Shown here in pieces: positions 38,896-47,872 of a stretch of DNA of 64,000 nt; the first letter of the stretch is position 1; every line of letters begins with the position of its first letter. The notes beneath the pieces were generated by a model. The model searched no databases. It was not told the DNA's origin and worked only from the letters and a program-made list of their open reading frames with translations. This stretch comes from Bacillota bacterium (GTDB lineage: Bacteria; Bacillota; DTU025). The stretch lies in assembly GCA_050951805.1 (NCBI GenBank), contig JBMNJT010000004.1, positions 64,001-128,000 of the forward strand, read 5' to 3'. The translations under genes were made by a program, and so were the position numbers.

Positions 38896-38924
38896 TAAGT
38901 TACCTTCAGGTTAGTTATGACCTT

Positions 38925-38965
38925 GCTGCTCCTTTGGTGAAGGCGGTCCGAAAAGGAGTGGCAAA
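38925..38965. terminator. Hairpin between convergent intron and B3/B4 gene
   Basis: TTGCTGCTCCTTT...AAAGGAGTGGCAA inverted repeat. Confidence 0.45.
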
Positions 38966-39081
38966 ACTTCAGACATTTGGCTTCATCGGGGCTATGCGCT
39001 GACTCAACTTTCGTGTTCTGACAACAGAGGCCCATAGCGAGCCTGTCTTGAGAAGCGCGAGATCCACTCTGTCCTTGCGAA

Positions 39082-39822
39082 TCAGGCCTTTTCTTGTTCG
39101 GCTGAGGCCATCAAGTCGCACGAGTTACGGTCTCGATCGAGGAAATATTGGTGCGCTGCCACACCGAAGAACTCTTCGAGTCGGCCGGCGAGTTCGGCCA
39201 TAGCCCGTTCAACAGCATCACGATTGCGGTCTGTGAACCCATCTATGGGAAAGAAGATGTTCCTTGACTCCTCTGTCACTTTTCCGCGGTCGTTCTGCCG
39301 CCATATCCATCGCCTTGTCCTTATTTCCCGTCCATCGGCATACACCAACTCTCCTGCCGGGACTTCTTCGGGCTCAGCTTCCCCGAGCGGGGTGAAGAGT
39401 TCGCCTTGGCGCGAGAATCGCACCGCTAGATCGCCGGAGATGGAGTCGAGGTCGTGCGCCCCCATTGGTAACGCGAGTTCGAGCGATACGGCGTTTACAA
39501 GGTTCACAACGGAGTTTATGTCGGGAAGATCGCTCCCTTTGACTACCCGGGATGTGAGGGCCTCAACCGAGCAGGGGAACTTGTTCGGGTTATATCCCAA
39601 CGCCCGAAATGCCTCTCGGTAGGGTACGATGTCAGGATGCTCCTTCACATTTGTCCCCGCAAACTTGGCCCTAGTTCGGCGCATAGCTTTACTGAGAAGA
39701 GCACTGATTTTCTGAGCATTGTCTGATTGGAGTTGGGTATTGTCGATGCCGTGCGCCACAACAACGCCAATGCACATAGTGGGCAATACCTCGAATACTT
39801 CAGGATCGATCAGAAATCTCAT
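39082..39822 (-). CDS. B3/B4 domain protein (PheT-like tRNA-editing domain)
   Basis: PNKFPCSVEAL..R, PDINSVVNLVNAVS, RRWIWRQ. Confidence 0.9.
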   Translation of the reverse strand: MRFLIDPEVFEVLPTMCIGVVVAHGIDNTQLQSDNAQKISALLSKAMRRTRAKFAGTNVKEHPDIVPYREAFRALGYNPNKFPCSVEALTSRVVKGSDLPDINSVVNLVNAVSLELALPMGAHDLDSISGDLAVRFSRQGELFTPLGEAEPEEVPAGELVYADGREIRTRRWIWRQNDRGKVTEESRNIFFPIDGFTDRNRDAVERAMAELAGRLEEFFGVAAHQYFLDRDRNSCDLMASAEQEKA

Positions 39823-40063
39823 GTGCCGATTCCTCCTGTGTCTGCCAGATAGGCGGTCGTAAGCATTTCAGCGGCTATGCGTTGCAATTGCCCATGCGGG
39901 GCGTTCTACTTAATGATACAGCAAATACGAGTCAAACCGCCACATACGTTTGAAGGCTCCTTCGGATTGCCCAGGCCCAATGGAATCTGGGCCTTTTCTT
40001 TGCTCAGGATCGGAGGTTAGATCTATCTGCCCAGGCCGTCATCGCGCTCAATCGAGACCAATG

Positions 40064-40231
40064 TCAAGAGCCAAAGGTGCATGCGTATCCTTCCCATCTT
40101 GGGTCGTGCAGAGCTGCTGAGATGGCGTCGGCAGATGATGTTGCACGCACCAGAGGGTTCTCTATATCTCCTTCCTCAGCGCCAACAAGGACTACGGCGA
40201 ACAACTGAGTCTTCTTATCTGCCTTCGTCAT
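40064..40231 (-). CDS. Possible small hypothetical protein (55 aa)
   Basis: MTKADKKTQLFAVVLVG... preceded by a G-rich RBS; no family recognised. Confidence 0.3.
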   Translation of the reverse strand: MTKADKKTQLFAVVLVGAEEGDIENPLVRATSSADAISAALHDPRWEGYACTFGS

Positions 40232-40426
40232 GTTACTACCCCCCCCGTTCAAGTGGCATGCTCTGACATACAAACACGAAGGACGAAGGATTGCACCTTC
40301 CCGAAGAATTCGAACCGCAGCTACACTTATCAACGGCGCGAGATTAGGACGACGAACGGTCGAAAACGCAAATGCTGCAGGAGAGCCATATGATGGGATG
40401 ACTGATTTCCCATGGGAGTGATTTGT

Positions 40427-41884
40427 ATGGTGATCCATGTTGTGGCACCCGGAGAGACTCTCTGGGTGATTTCGCGCAGATATGGTGTGTCTATAGCTGC
40501 AATCGTCTCGGCAAATGCCATCGCCGATCCGAATGTACTAGTGGTGGGCGAGGCGCTTGCTATACCGCTGCCGCGCCCTGAGCCTGCGCCTCTTACGTAT
40601 GTAGTGAGGCGTGGCGATACATTGGCTGCGATTGCCGGGCTCTTCTCAACTACTGTCCAGTCCATAGCTTTGGCCAATCAAATAACGGATGTCAACCTGG
40701 TCTATGTTGGACAGGAGCTTGTGGTGCCTGGATGGACATATCAAACATACACTGTGAGGTCCGGCGACACTCTATCACGCGTGGCTGCGGCCTTTTCCAC
40801 CAGCGTTCAGTTGATTGTGGCAGTCAACCACATAGCTGACCCTAATGTCATCAATGTCGGCCAGGTTCTGATCATACCCGCCAGAGGGTTGCCTGCTCCG
40901 CCCAAGCCCCTCGTGGAGACCAACGGCTACATCTTCCTCCTTTCCGAAAGCACTTTGCGCCGCATCCTGACGCCCATCGCCCATGACCTCACGTACATTA
41001 GCGTTTTCAGCTTCTCCGTAGATGGGCGGGGTGGTCTTGATTATGCGCCCGGTAGGGCTAGGGCAGCGGTGGACGTGGCCCGTTCGATGGGCATTGTGCC
41101 CCTGATAGTCATCTCTAACTTCGACGGGACCAACTTCAACCCCGACCTTGCCAGAGACGCCATGTTGGAGCCTACAGGCGTGGCAACTATAGGGGCCATC
41201 GTGGATGTCGCTGTATCCGAAGGTTTTGGAGGCGTCAATATCGACCTTGAGAACATGTATCCTGAAGACAGGGAACTATACACAGCATTCATGGCTGCTC
41301 TCTCAGACGCTGCCCACTCCCGCAAACTCACGCTTTCCAATGCTATGGCGCCGAAATGGGCTGATTGGCCTACGCTGCCCTGGGTGGGCACATTTGACTA
41401 CGCGGCGCTGGCGCCTTCACTCGATTTCACCATGCTCATGACTTATGAGTGGGGTTGGTCGGGGGGACCCCCTATGGCCATTGCTCCTGTTAATCTGGTG
41501 CGGCGCGTGTTGGACTACGCGATTGGCAAGATCCCCGCAAACAAAATACTGATGGGGATACCTTTATACGGCTATGATTGGACGCTGCCGGCGGCCGCCG
41601 GAAGGCTGGCAGATACGGTTACGCCAGCCGAGGCCACCGCAATCGCCGCGCGCCATGGCATAAACATCAACTTCGATGACATCGGCAAGGCTCCATGGTT
41701 CCGCTACATTGATCAATCAGGCGCGGAGCATGAAGTATGGTTCGAAGACGTTCGTTCGTCTGTTGCCGCGCATTCACTTGTAGGAGAATACGGTCTGCGG
41801 GGCACAAGCTATTGGAACCTGTTGTTTGACTTTCCTCAGAACTGGTTGGCACTCGAGGACCGCTACATTGTGAGGAAGTTGTGA
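40427..41884 (+). CDS. LysM x3 + GH18 spore cortex hydrolase (YaaH/YdhD-like)
   Basis: Three YxVxxGDTL-type LysM repeats; GVNIDLE, LMTYEWGW, VWFED. Confidence 0.92.
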   Translation: MVIHVVAPGETLWVISRRYGVSIAAIVSANAIADPNVLVVGEALAIPLPRPEPAPLTYVVRRGDTLAAIAGLFSTTVQSIALANQITDVNLVYVGQELVVPGWTYQTYTVRSGDTLSRVAAAFSTSVQLIVAVNHIADPNVINVGQVLIIPARGLPAPPKPLVETNGYIFLLSESTLRRILTPIAHDLTYISVFSFSVDGRGGLDYAPGRARAAVDVARSMGIVPLIVISNFDGTNFNPDLARDAMLEPTGVATIGAIVDVAVSEGFGGVNIDLENMYPEDRELYTAFMAALSDAAHSRKLTLSNAMAPKWADWPTLPWVGTFDYAALAPSLDFTMLMTYEWGWSGGPPMAIAPVNLVRRVLDYAIGKIPANKILMGIPLYGYDWTLPAAAGRLADTVTPAEATAIAARHGININFDDIGKAPWFRYIDQSGAEHEVWFEDVRSSVAAHSLVGEYGLRGTSYWNLLFDFPQNWLALEDRYIVRKL

Positions 41885-42430
41885 GAGAGTTGTGGGCGGC
41901 CTATGCCGCCCATCGTACAGAGGAAATGTCTGATCCCGGAGCTTTGCATCACCGGTATCGCCGTAAGAGCTAGTCGACTACCAGGTCGCGGCCCGCGGCA
42001 AAGCCCATCGCGATCTCGTTGCCATCCGAGATCCCCAGTTTTCGCAGGATGTATAAGGCAACACTGCAGCTGGTTGACGAGTAACTCAAGCCGACTCATT
42101 GTCATGGGAGATGACGGACCGCTGCGCTGCTAATATCTCATCGATGGGCTTGCCGTTGATGGTTGCGAATTTCATTGTTGATTGTGTTCCGGTATTCCTC
42201 TCGGGCATCGAATGCATATATCCCTCATTGAACTAGTAGAGCCCCTTACGGGATATGTGAAGCGGAACCCCGAGCTTGACCATCTGTTCTATATAGGTGT
42301 TCTGCTGTCTTGTTACTTTAGCCCGGCCGGGCGACTCGCGGTCGTGGACAATTGGGAAATCAACAAGGAGTGGAATGCCGCGGCCTGCTGGTGTATGATG
42401 TATAAAACTTGCCAGGAGGTTCTTACGGTT

Positions 42431-44128
42431 ATGACACAAATAAACTCAGTAGCAGCCAGAGTCTTCGGAGTTGTCCTCGCTATCGTGATAATTCCGGTCA
42501 TAGCTGTATCGGGAGCTTCTACGACTTCAGAAGTCGCTCCCGGGACGTCTGCCGTGGCTCCATCCCGAGCCGAGGTGGAGGCCTTTTATTCCTATGATGC
42601 AGGCATCCCCCTTGATGTCAAAGAGATCCCGTTGGGATCTAGTCCCTGGTATCGGGAGTATGAGATCAGCTATGCTAACCTTGGAGACACCGTGTATTCC
42701 AGGTTCATGCTTCCATGGGAGGCGGGGGCGTCTTTCGAAACGATGAACCCGATGCCCTGCCTAGTCGGCCTCCATGGCATGTTCTCTGACTCAGCGTACC
42801 AGTTTTGGACCATTGCGGACTTCTGTGCCAAGCGAAAAGTTGCAGTAATGACCCCCAGCCTTCCATACCACCACAAGCGCACGAAGGGGATGCCTCTCAT
42901 ACCAGGACAGCAGCTGATCGTTGGTTCGCCTGATGCGATCAGAAACAATCTGCGTCGAGCGGTCATAGATGTCCGTCGCGCTGTAGATTGGCTTGCCACG
43001 CGTGACGATATCGACCAGGGCGCTATATCGATTGCAGGCGTCAGTCTGGGCGGAATTGTTGCCTCGTTGGCCTTCAAGGTTGAGCCAAGGTTCGCAAATG
43101 CCGTGCTGGTAGTGGCTGGCTCAGGGGTTAGAGGCATACTTGAGAACGGGGATACGAGTGTCCTCGATGTCTTCCGCGCAGCCACCTGGGCAAACATGGT
43201 AAACCCCGATGATTTCGTCGATGCGCTTCAGATCGTCGATCCCATCAATGTGCCGGATTTCCAGCCCCGCCCGGCGCTTCTAATGAACGGAATTTCCGAT
43301 GCGATCATGGTCCCCGATAACGTGACGGCGCTTCGCCGTTCCATGGCTCGAGCTGAGCAGATATGGACCACGGGCGGGCACTATTTTCCGATGTACCCAG
43401 CGGAATACTTGCTCATGGACTATTTGTCTAGGCAGTATGCGGAATCTCCGTCATTTGCTCAAGGCATTCGTGTGGATGTAGGCTCTGGATTCTGTTTCAC
43501 CGAAAGGGTGTGCGCACCGGAAGTGGGGGCCGACAACTTGTGGGTAGACATCGCAGTTGAGCTTGGCAGTCCCGAGTACGTGGCTGCTCACCGGGTTTCG
43601 GTACCGATGGTTAACAGGTCGGTTCCGGTCATAATCCTGAGCAGGGAGACTTATTTGGCTCTCGAGCCTTTCTTGATGGGACGGCATCTTCCTGCGTTCA
43701 TCTATATCATCAACGGTGATTCTCCACTCCAGCTGTGCGCCGCCGTGGCATATGTACAGGCGTTGGGGCTTGGCGCCGACCCGCAGCTCTATTACGTCTC
43801 CCCTCTGGAGGATTCAGAAAACAACCCGGGCCAGGAAGGATATGCCGTCTGTGCTGCATCTCCCATGGATGTGGGGAGGGTCCGCAATATGTTAGAGTCG
43901 ATCGCACGAGCTCCTGGTTCTAGGACCTCGGGGGGCTTTGAGAAGGCGAATGCCCGAATCCCCCTGACGCTCTTTGGCGAAGCAAAGCGTTTTCAAGGCC
44001 CGACTGCTCGTGAGGACATCGGGTTGTGGTTTGCCAAGACGCTCTCGGTGAGCAAACTCAAGGGCATCCCTTGGTTCCCGAATTATCCCCATGATGACCC
44101 ATGTTGGTCGGCGGGGCCCGACAGATGA
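42431..44128 (+). CDS. Exported alpha/beta hydrolase with unrecognised C-terminal domain
   Basis: Signal/TM segment, LHG, GVSLGG nucleophile elbow, GGH. Confidence 0.8.
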   Translation: MTQINSVAARVFGVVLAIVIIPVIAVSGASTTSEVAPGTSAVAPSRAEVEAFYSYDAGIPLDVKEIPLGSSPWYREYEISYANLGDTVYSRFMLPWEAGASFETMNPMPCLVGLHGMFSDSAYQFWTIADFCAKRKVAVMTPSLPYHHKRTKGMPLIPGQQLIVGSPDAIRNNLRRAVIDVRRAVDWLATRDDIDQGAISIAGVSLGGIVASLAFKVEPRFANAVLVVAGSGVRGILENGDTSVLDVFRAATWANMVNPDDFVDALQIVDPINVPDFQPRPALLMNGISDAIMVPDNVTALRRSMARAEQIWTTGGHYFPMYPAEYLLMDYLSRQYAESPSFAQGIRVDVGSGFCFTERVCAPEVGADNLWVDIAVELGSPEYVAAHRVSVPMVNRSVPVIILSRETYLALEPFLMGRHLPAFIYIINGDSPLQLCAAVAYVQALGLGADPQLYYVSPLEDSENNPGQEGYAVCAASPMDVGRVRNMLESIARAPGSRTSGGFEKANARIPLTLFGEAKRFQGPTAREDIGLWFAKTLSVSKLKGIPWFPNYPHDDPCWSAGPDR

Positions 44129-45746
44129 CTAAAAACCGGGCGGGAAGGCAGACAGTGTGCCAGCTCTCTCGCCACTGCAGGTCTTGCTGTGCTCATGGCC
44201 AATAGCGCGGTTGATCGCGGAGGTCTTCATTAACTGTCTGCCGCAGCTGATGAAGACCTGACTAGATACTCATGGGGCTGTCTGCGGGGAGTATGCAATT
44301 GTGCGAATCAGCGAAGCGCGGAAGAGACCGCCACTGCGCGCTTAGCCATTTCCGCATGGAACGGAACTCGTCTCTCAAGATAGTTTGCACAGCTAATGCC
44401 ACAGGCCCTGCGGGAGTCTTTGGGTTGTTCGAACGTCCGTGTTCCGATTCCCGCGGAAGATTCCCGGCAGAGGTGATTCTGGTTCGTTATAGGCGAGGGC
44501 TTTGGGTTCATGCACTAGTCGATGTGGGAAGAGCTGAAGCAGGCAATTGTATGAAGCCCTTGGAAGGACTCGTGGGTTATCGGTTATTCTCGATCCGTGG
44601 GGACTCGCATCACTCAAAGTTCTATCCTACACACATTCCACCCCAAGGTATCAGCGCGAACTTCACATACTCAGTCTCTATTACGCTGTTTTCGCCGAAT
44701 AGCGTGATGACTATCTCTAAGAATCGAAAGGAGCTAGAAACAAGAGCCCATCGCATATTCCCGCGATCTTCACACTGCAAGCCTTCTTGCAGCATTGGCC
44801 GCACTTGAATTCTACGGGCCAAGGCCATCCGCCATTGAGCCGTCAAAGTCCCGATCGAATGGCGCCGCAGCGATTCCTTGGGTGTCTTGTTTGCATGATA
44901 CTCGACTATCACCACGGTATACACTGACGGAAGGGCAGGTTACCCCGGAAGTCATGGCTGATGCGGGGCTCTTCCTGTATGGTGCAGGTTCATGTTTCGA
45001 GTGCGCCCGACCTGTCCCTTGGTTCTTCTTGTCGCTCCCTGCTGGCCATGTATCTCGTCACGTAATTTGGTTTGCATGATATGTCTGACGAAGAGAAGCC
45101 CATGCACGCCATGATTGCCTGGCAAGGGCTGGCGCTCTGCCCTCAAGGCTGTTCGATACAGCCCTGCGACTGCTGGCTACACTATTCCGGAAAACCCATA
45201 TCCTCCCTTCATGTCGAGCCCGGCGATTCTCGTGTGTTCGTTTCGATGAGAGGGCCTTCGAACCTCCTGCCTAGGCGATGCTTTTCCTTGCTGTGTGCTT
45301 CGCTCAGAGGTACTAGCTGGTTTTCCGGCCCCTATTACCCACAAGGTTGAGAGGCGAGGTGCGATTGGTACCAGTCGACACCCTCCTTCGTTTATATACA
45401 TTTTCAAGAATCATCCCGTGTGATAGATCGCTGATGTTATATAAGAGCCAAGCAAGACCGCGCATTTCCGATAGTGGGCGACCGACAAGAAACGAATGAC
45501 CTTGCATATCTCGGTACCTCGAGTGAAGATGGAGAAATATCGCGTAAAAGACAGGCTGTGCGAATCGCCAGATACAAACCATGTTTCGGAATGCACGTAT
45601 CGGAATGCCTCGTTTGCGAATCCATAGGATTCGACAAGCTGTCAATGGGATTTGCTATAGACTGCGATTGTCTCATCATGAAATGGCACAATTCAGCGTT
45701 TTCTAAAGAGAAGCTATGTTTCAGTGTAAGAAGGAGGTTAAGTATC

Positions 45747-46238
45747 TTGACTAGCAGATTAGCAGTAGGTTTGGGGATTTTTCTCACAATTATGATAGTA
45801 TCAGCGGCTGTCTGCGGCGCGGTTCCACAGTCTGTGACTCACAATATCACAATATGTGTTCCAGCCGTGGACGTTGTTCGGCTGAGTTGCCCCGGCGTTC
45901 ACGCTACTTTGCAGGCACGCAATGATAATACAGGATTTGTTCAGCATGTGCTGGAGGCGGGCGACCTCAGGTGGATAACAAACGATTCTCCAAGGGAGGT
46001 AACGGTGAATGCGCAATGCATTCCAAATGGTCTCACACTTGAGGTGCTCAAATCGCTCAGCCCTGCCAATAAGTGGCTGGAGCTTGGTGCGTCCCATGTG
46101 CTTCTGATAGATGATGCATCATGCCATCCAGGCACGAGCCTGCCCAGGGAATTCTCAATCTTCTATAGGATCCTGGCTACGTTGGAGGTCCGTCCTGATA
46201 CCTACGAGATTGTTGTCATTTATACGTTGACAGTTTAG
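45747..46238 (+). CDS. Secreted pilin-like subunit 1
   Basis: AAGGAGG-TTG start, signal peptide, SVTHNITICVP N-terminal strand, C-terminal IVVIYTLTV; paralogous to the next gene. Confidence 0.6.
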   Translation: MTSRLAVGLGIFLTIMIVSAAVCGAVPQSVTHNITICVPAVDVVRLSCPGVHATLQARNDNTGFVQHVLEAGDLRWITNDSPREVTVNAQCIPNGLTLEVLKSLSPANKWLELGASHVLLIDDASCHPGTSLPREFSIFYRILATLEVRPDTYEIVVIYTLTV

Positions 46239-46381
46239 GCACACTTGACAATCCCACGGCAACGAGGGCGTGAGCCAGCCCGGTTACATACTGGCTAGAG
46301 GCTTAGGAGATTGAAGTGAGCGGGGTGGCCAACTGCGAACTTCAAATTGAGAATAGTCAAGAATGGGAGGTCTTTTGTCAA

Positions 46382-46861
46382 ATGTCCAGACGGAAAGTAA
46401 TGTGGTCGGTCCTTCTCTTGGTGCTTCTGGGGTTCTCGGCGATTTCGTTCGCGGCGGATAGCGCCTCGCACACCGTTACGATCGTGGTTCCGGAAATCGA
46501 CAAGATCTGGGCGGACGCTGGCGGGACGCTACAGCTTGACTGGCTGCCAATTGAAGAGGTCGACGACAACATGGTTGCGTACCCCCATACGCTCCTTCAG
46601 GTTTGTCTGATGTACGTCACCAATGCCTCTAATAGGAAGATAACGGCTCAGGCAAGTATACCGTTTGCTGGCTTGAGCCTGAGCGTGAAGGGACCAGGAA
46701 TGGGTTATTGCGAGGAGCTCGGCGCTGGTTCCGTAACTGTAGTAGATTCCTGCATACCTGGGTCAGTGCAGACAGTGACGCTCACCTATGATGGCAAGGC
46801 GGACATTACTGTCCCGGCAGGCGATCACGACGTCACCGTGACCTATACAATTACTGACTAA
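46382..46861 (+). CDS. Secreted pilin-like subunit 2 (likely major)
   Basis: Signal peptide ending SFA, SASHTVTIVVP, C-terminal VTVTYTITD. Confidence 0.65.
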   Translation: MSRRKVMWSVLLLVLLGFSAISFAADSASHTVTIVVPEIDKIWADAGGTLQLDWLPIEEVDDNMVAYPHTLLQVCLMYVTNASNRKITAQASIPFAGLSLSVKGPGMGYCEELGAGSVTVVDSCIPGSVQTVTLTYDGKADITVPAGDHDVTVTYTITD

Positions 46862-46889
46862 CAGGCTAGATCACTTGGCTTTAAGATGT

Positions 46890-46929
46890 ATGGGAGAGGC
46901 TGGGGGGTTCTTCCTCGGCCTTTCCCATC
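46890..46929 (+). terminator. Intra-operon stem-loop after the pilin-like gene
   Basis: ATGGGAGAGGCTGGGG/CCTCGGCCTTTCCCAT long stem with no U tract. Confidence 0.55.
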
Positions 46930-47005
46930 GGCAGCCCTGTGCGGGTACTGGCTGAAGAGGGAGGATGTCTCTGTGCACGGTTGAAGCGAAGGGAGCGATG
47001 TTGTC

Positions 47006-47866
47006 ATGATATATCCAAATCGCAGATGTGTTGCAGGTGCCACTACTTTGGCTCTGGCTGTTCTGCTTTGTGTGATGATGCCACCTAGCGCCCATGCCTC
47101 GGTAAACGTGCTGAGTGGCCTCACTCAAATGCATGAGGTTGCTCTAGGCGGGGAGTATAGCGGGGTCATAGTACTGGAAAATCTGGGCGATGTGGTCGAG
47201 AGGGTGGAGCTTTATCAAACAGATTACCGGTTTACTGCAGAAGGCTACACATATTATGAAGAGCCTGGCACTGTTCGACGCTCCAATGCAGCTTGGATTC
47301 GCCTGGGACAGTCTGTTGTAGAGATTCCGCCCAAATGCAGAATTAGCATCCCCTACAGAATCCTGATACCCAACGACACCGGACTCGTCGGCACTTACTG
47401 GAGTATGGTGATGGCAGAGATGCTGGGCAGTGTAGACGAGGTCGACATTGACGAGCCTTACAAGAAGGACGAGAATGCGATTGTCCTAGGAGTGAAACAG
47501 AAGTTTAGATACGGCATCCAGATAGTAACCAATATCGGCGTTACGGGCAAGAAAAAAGTAGTCTTCAGCAACCCGGCACTCAGACGCATCGAATCTTCCG
47601 GCGCCCTTACATTGAGCGTAGACCTGGCCAACGCTGGCGAACGGTTGGTCAACCCGTCTGTATGGGTTGAGGTATACGACAAGACCGGAACGAAGATAGG
47701 ACGGCTTGAGGGCAAGAATGCCAAGATATACCCTGACACGTCCGTTCGGGCAACGGTCGAGCTCGGCGCGCTCGAGCCCGGAAGCTACAGGGTGATTATA
47801 GTGGCCGACAACCATGACGAGTACGTGGCGGCTGTTCGGTACAGCCTGGAGGTGCCGGTACCTTGA
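47006..47866 (+). CDS. PapD/DUF916-like two-domain chaperone-type protein
   Basis: Signal peptide; SNAAWI, YWSMVM, RYGIQI, NAGER, IYP; alternating beta-strand pattern. Confidence 0.6.
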   Translation: MIYPNRRCVAGATTLALAVLLCVMMPPSAHASVNVLSGLTQMHEVALGGEYSGVIVLENLGDVVERVELYQTDYRFTAEGYTYYEEPGTVRRSNAAWIRLGQSVVEIPPKCRISIPYRILIPNDTGLVGTYWSMVMAEMLGSVDEVDIDEPYKKDENAIVLGVKQKFRYGIQIVTNIGVTGKKKVVFSNPALRRIESSGALTLSVDLANAGERLVNPSVWVEVYDKTGTKIGRLEGKNAKIYPDTSVRATVELGALEPGSYRVIIVADNHDEYVAAVRYSLEVPVP

Positions 47867-47872
47867 CTCGGT

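Noticed and set aside
34590-39000. Integrative element at tRNA-Lys
   Set aside because: No integrase, and I did not find a duplicated tRNA 3' end.
39823-40040. T-box or riboswitch upstream of the B3/B4 gene
   Set aside because: No T-box consensus on the minus strand.
46230-46310. c-di-GMP riboswitch between the pilin-like genes
   Set aside because: Only a short GCACACTTGAC similarity; no GCAACCG or GNRA/receptor features.
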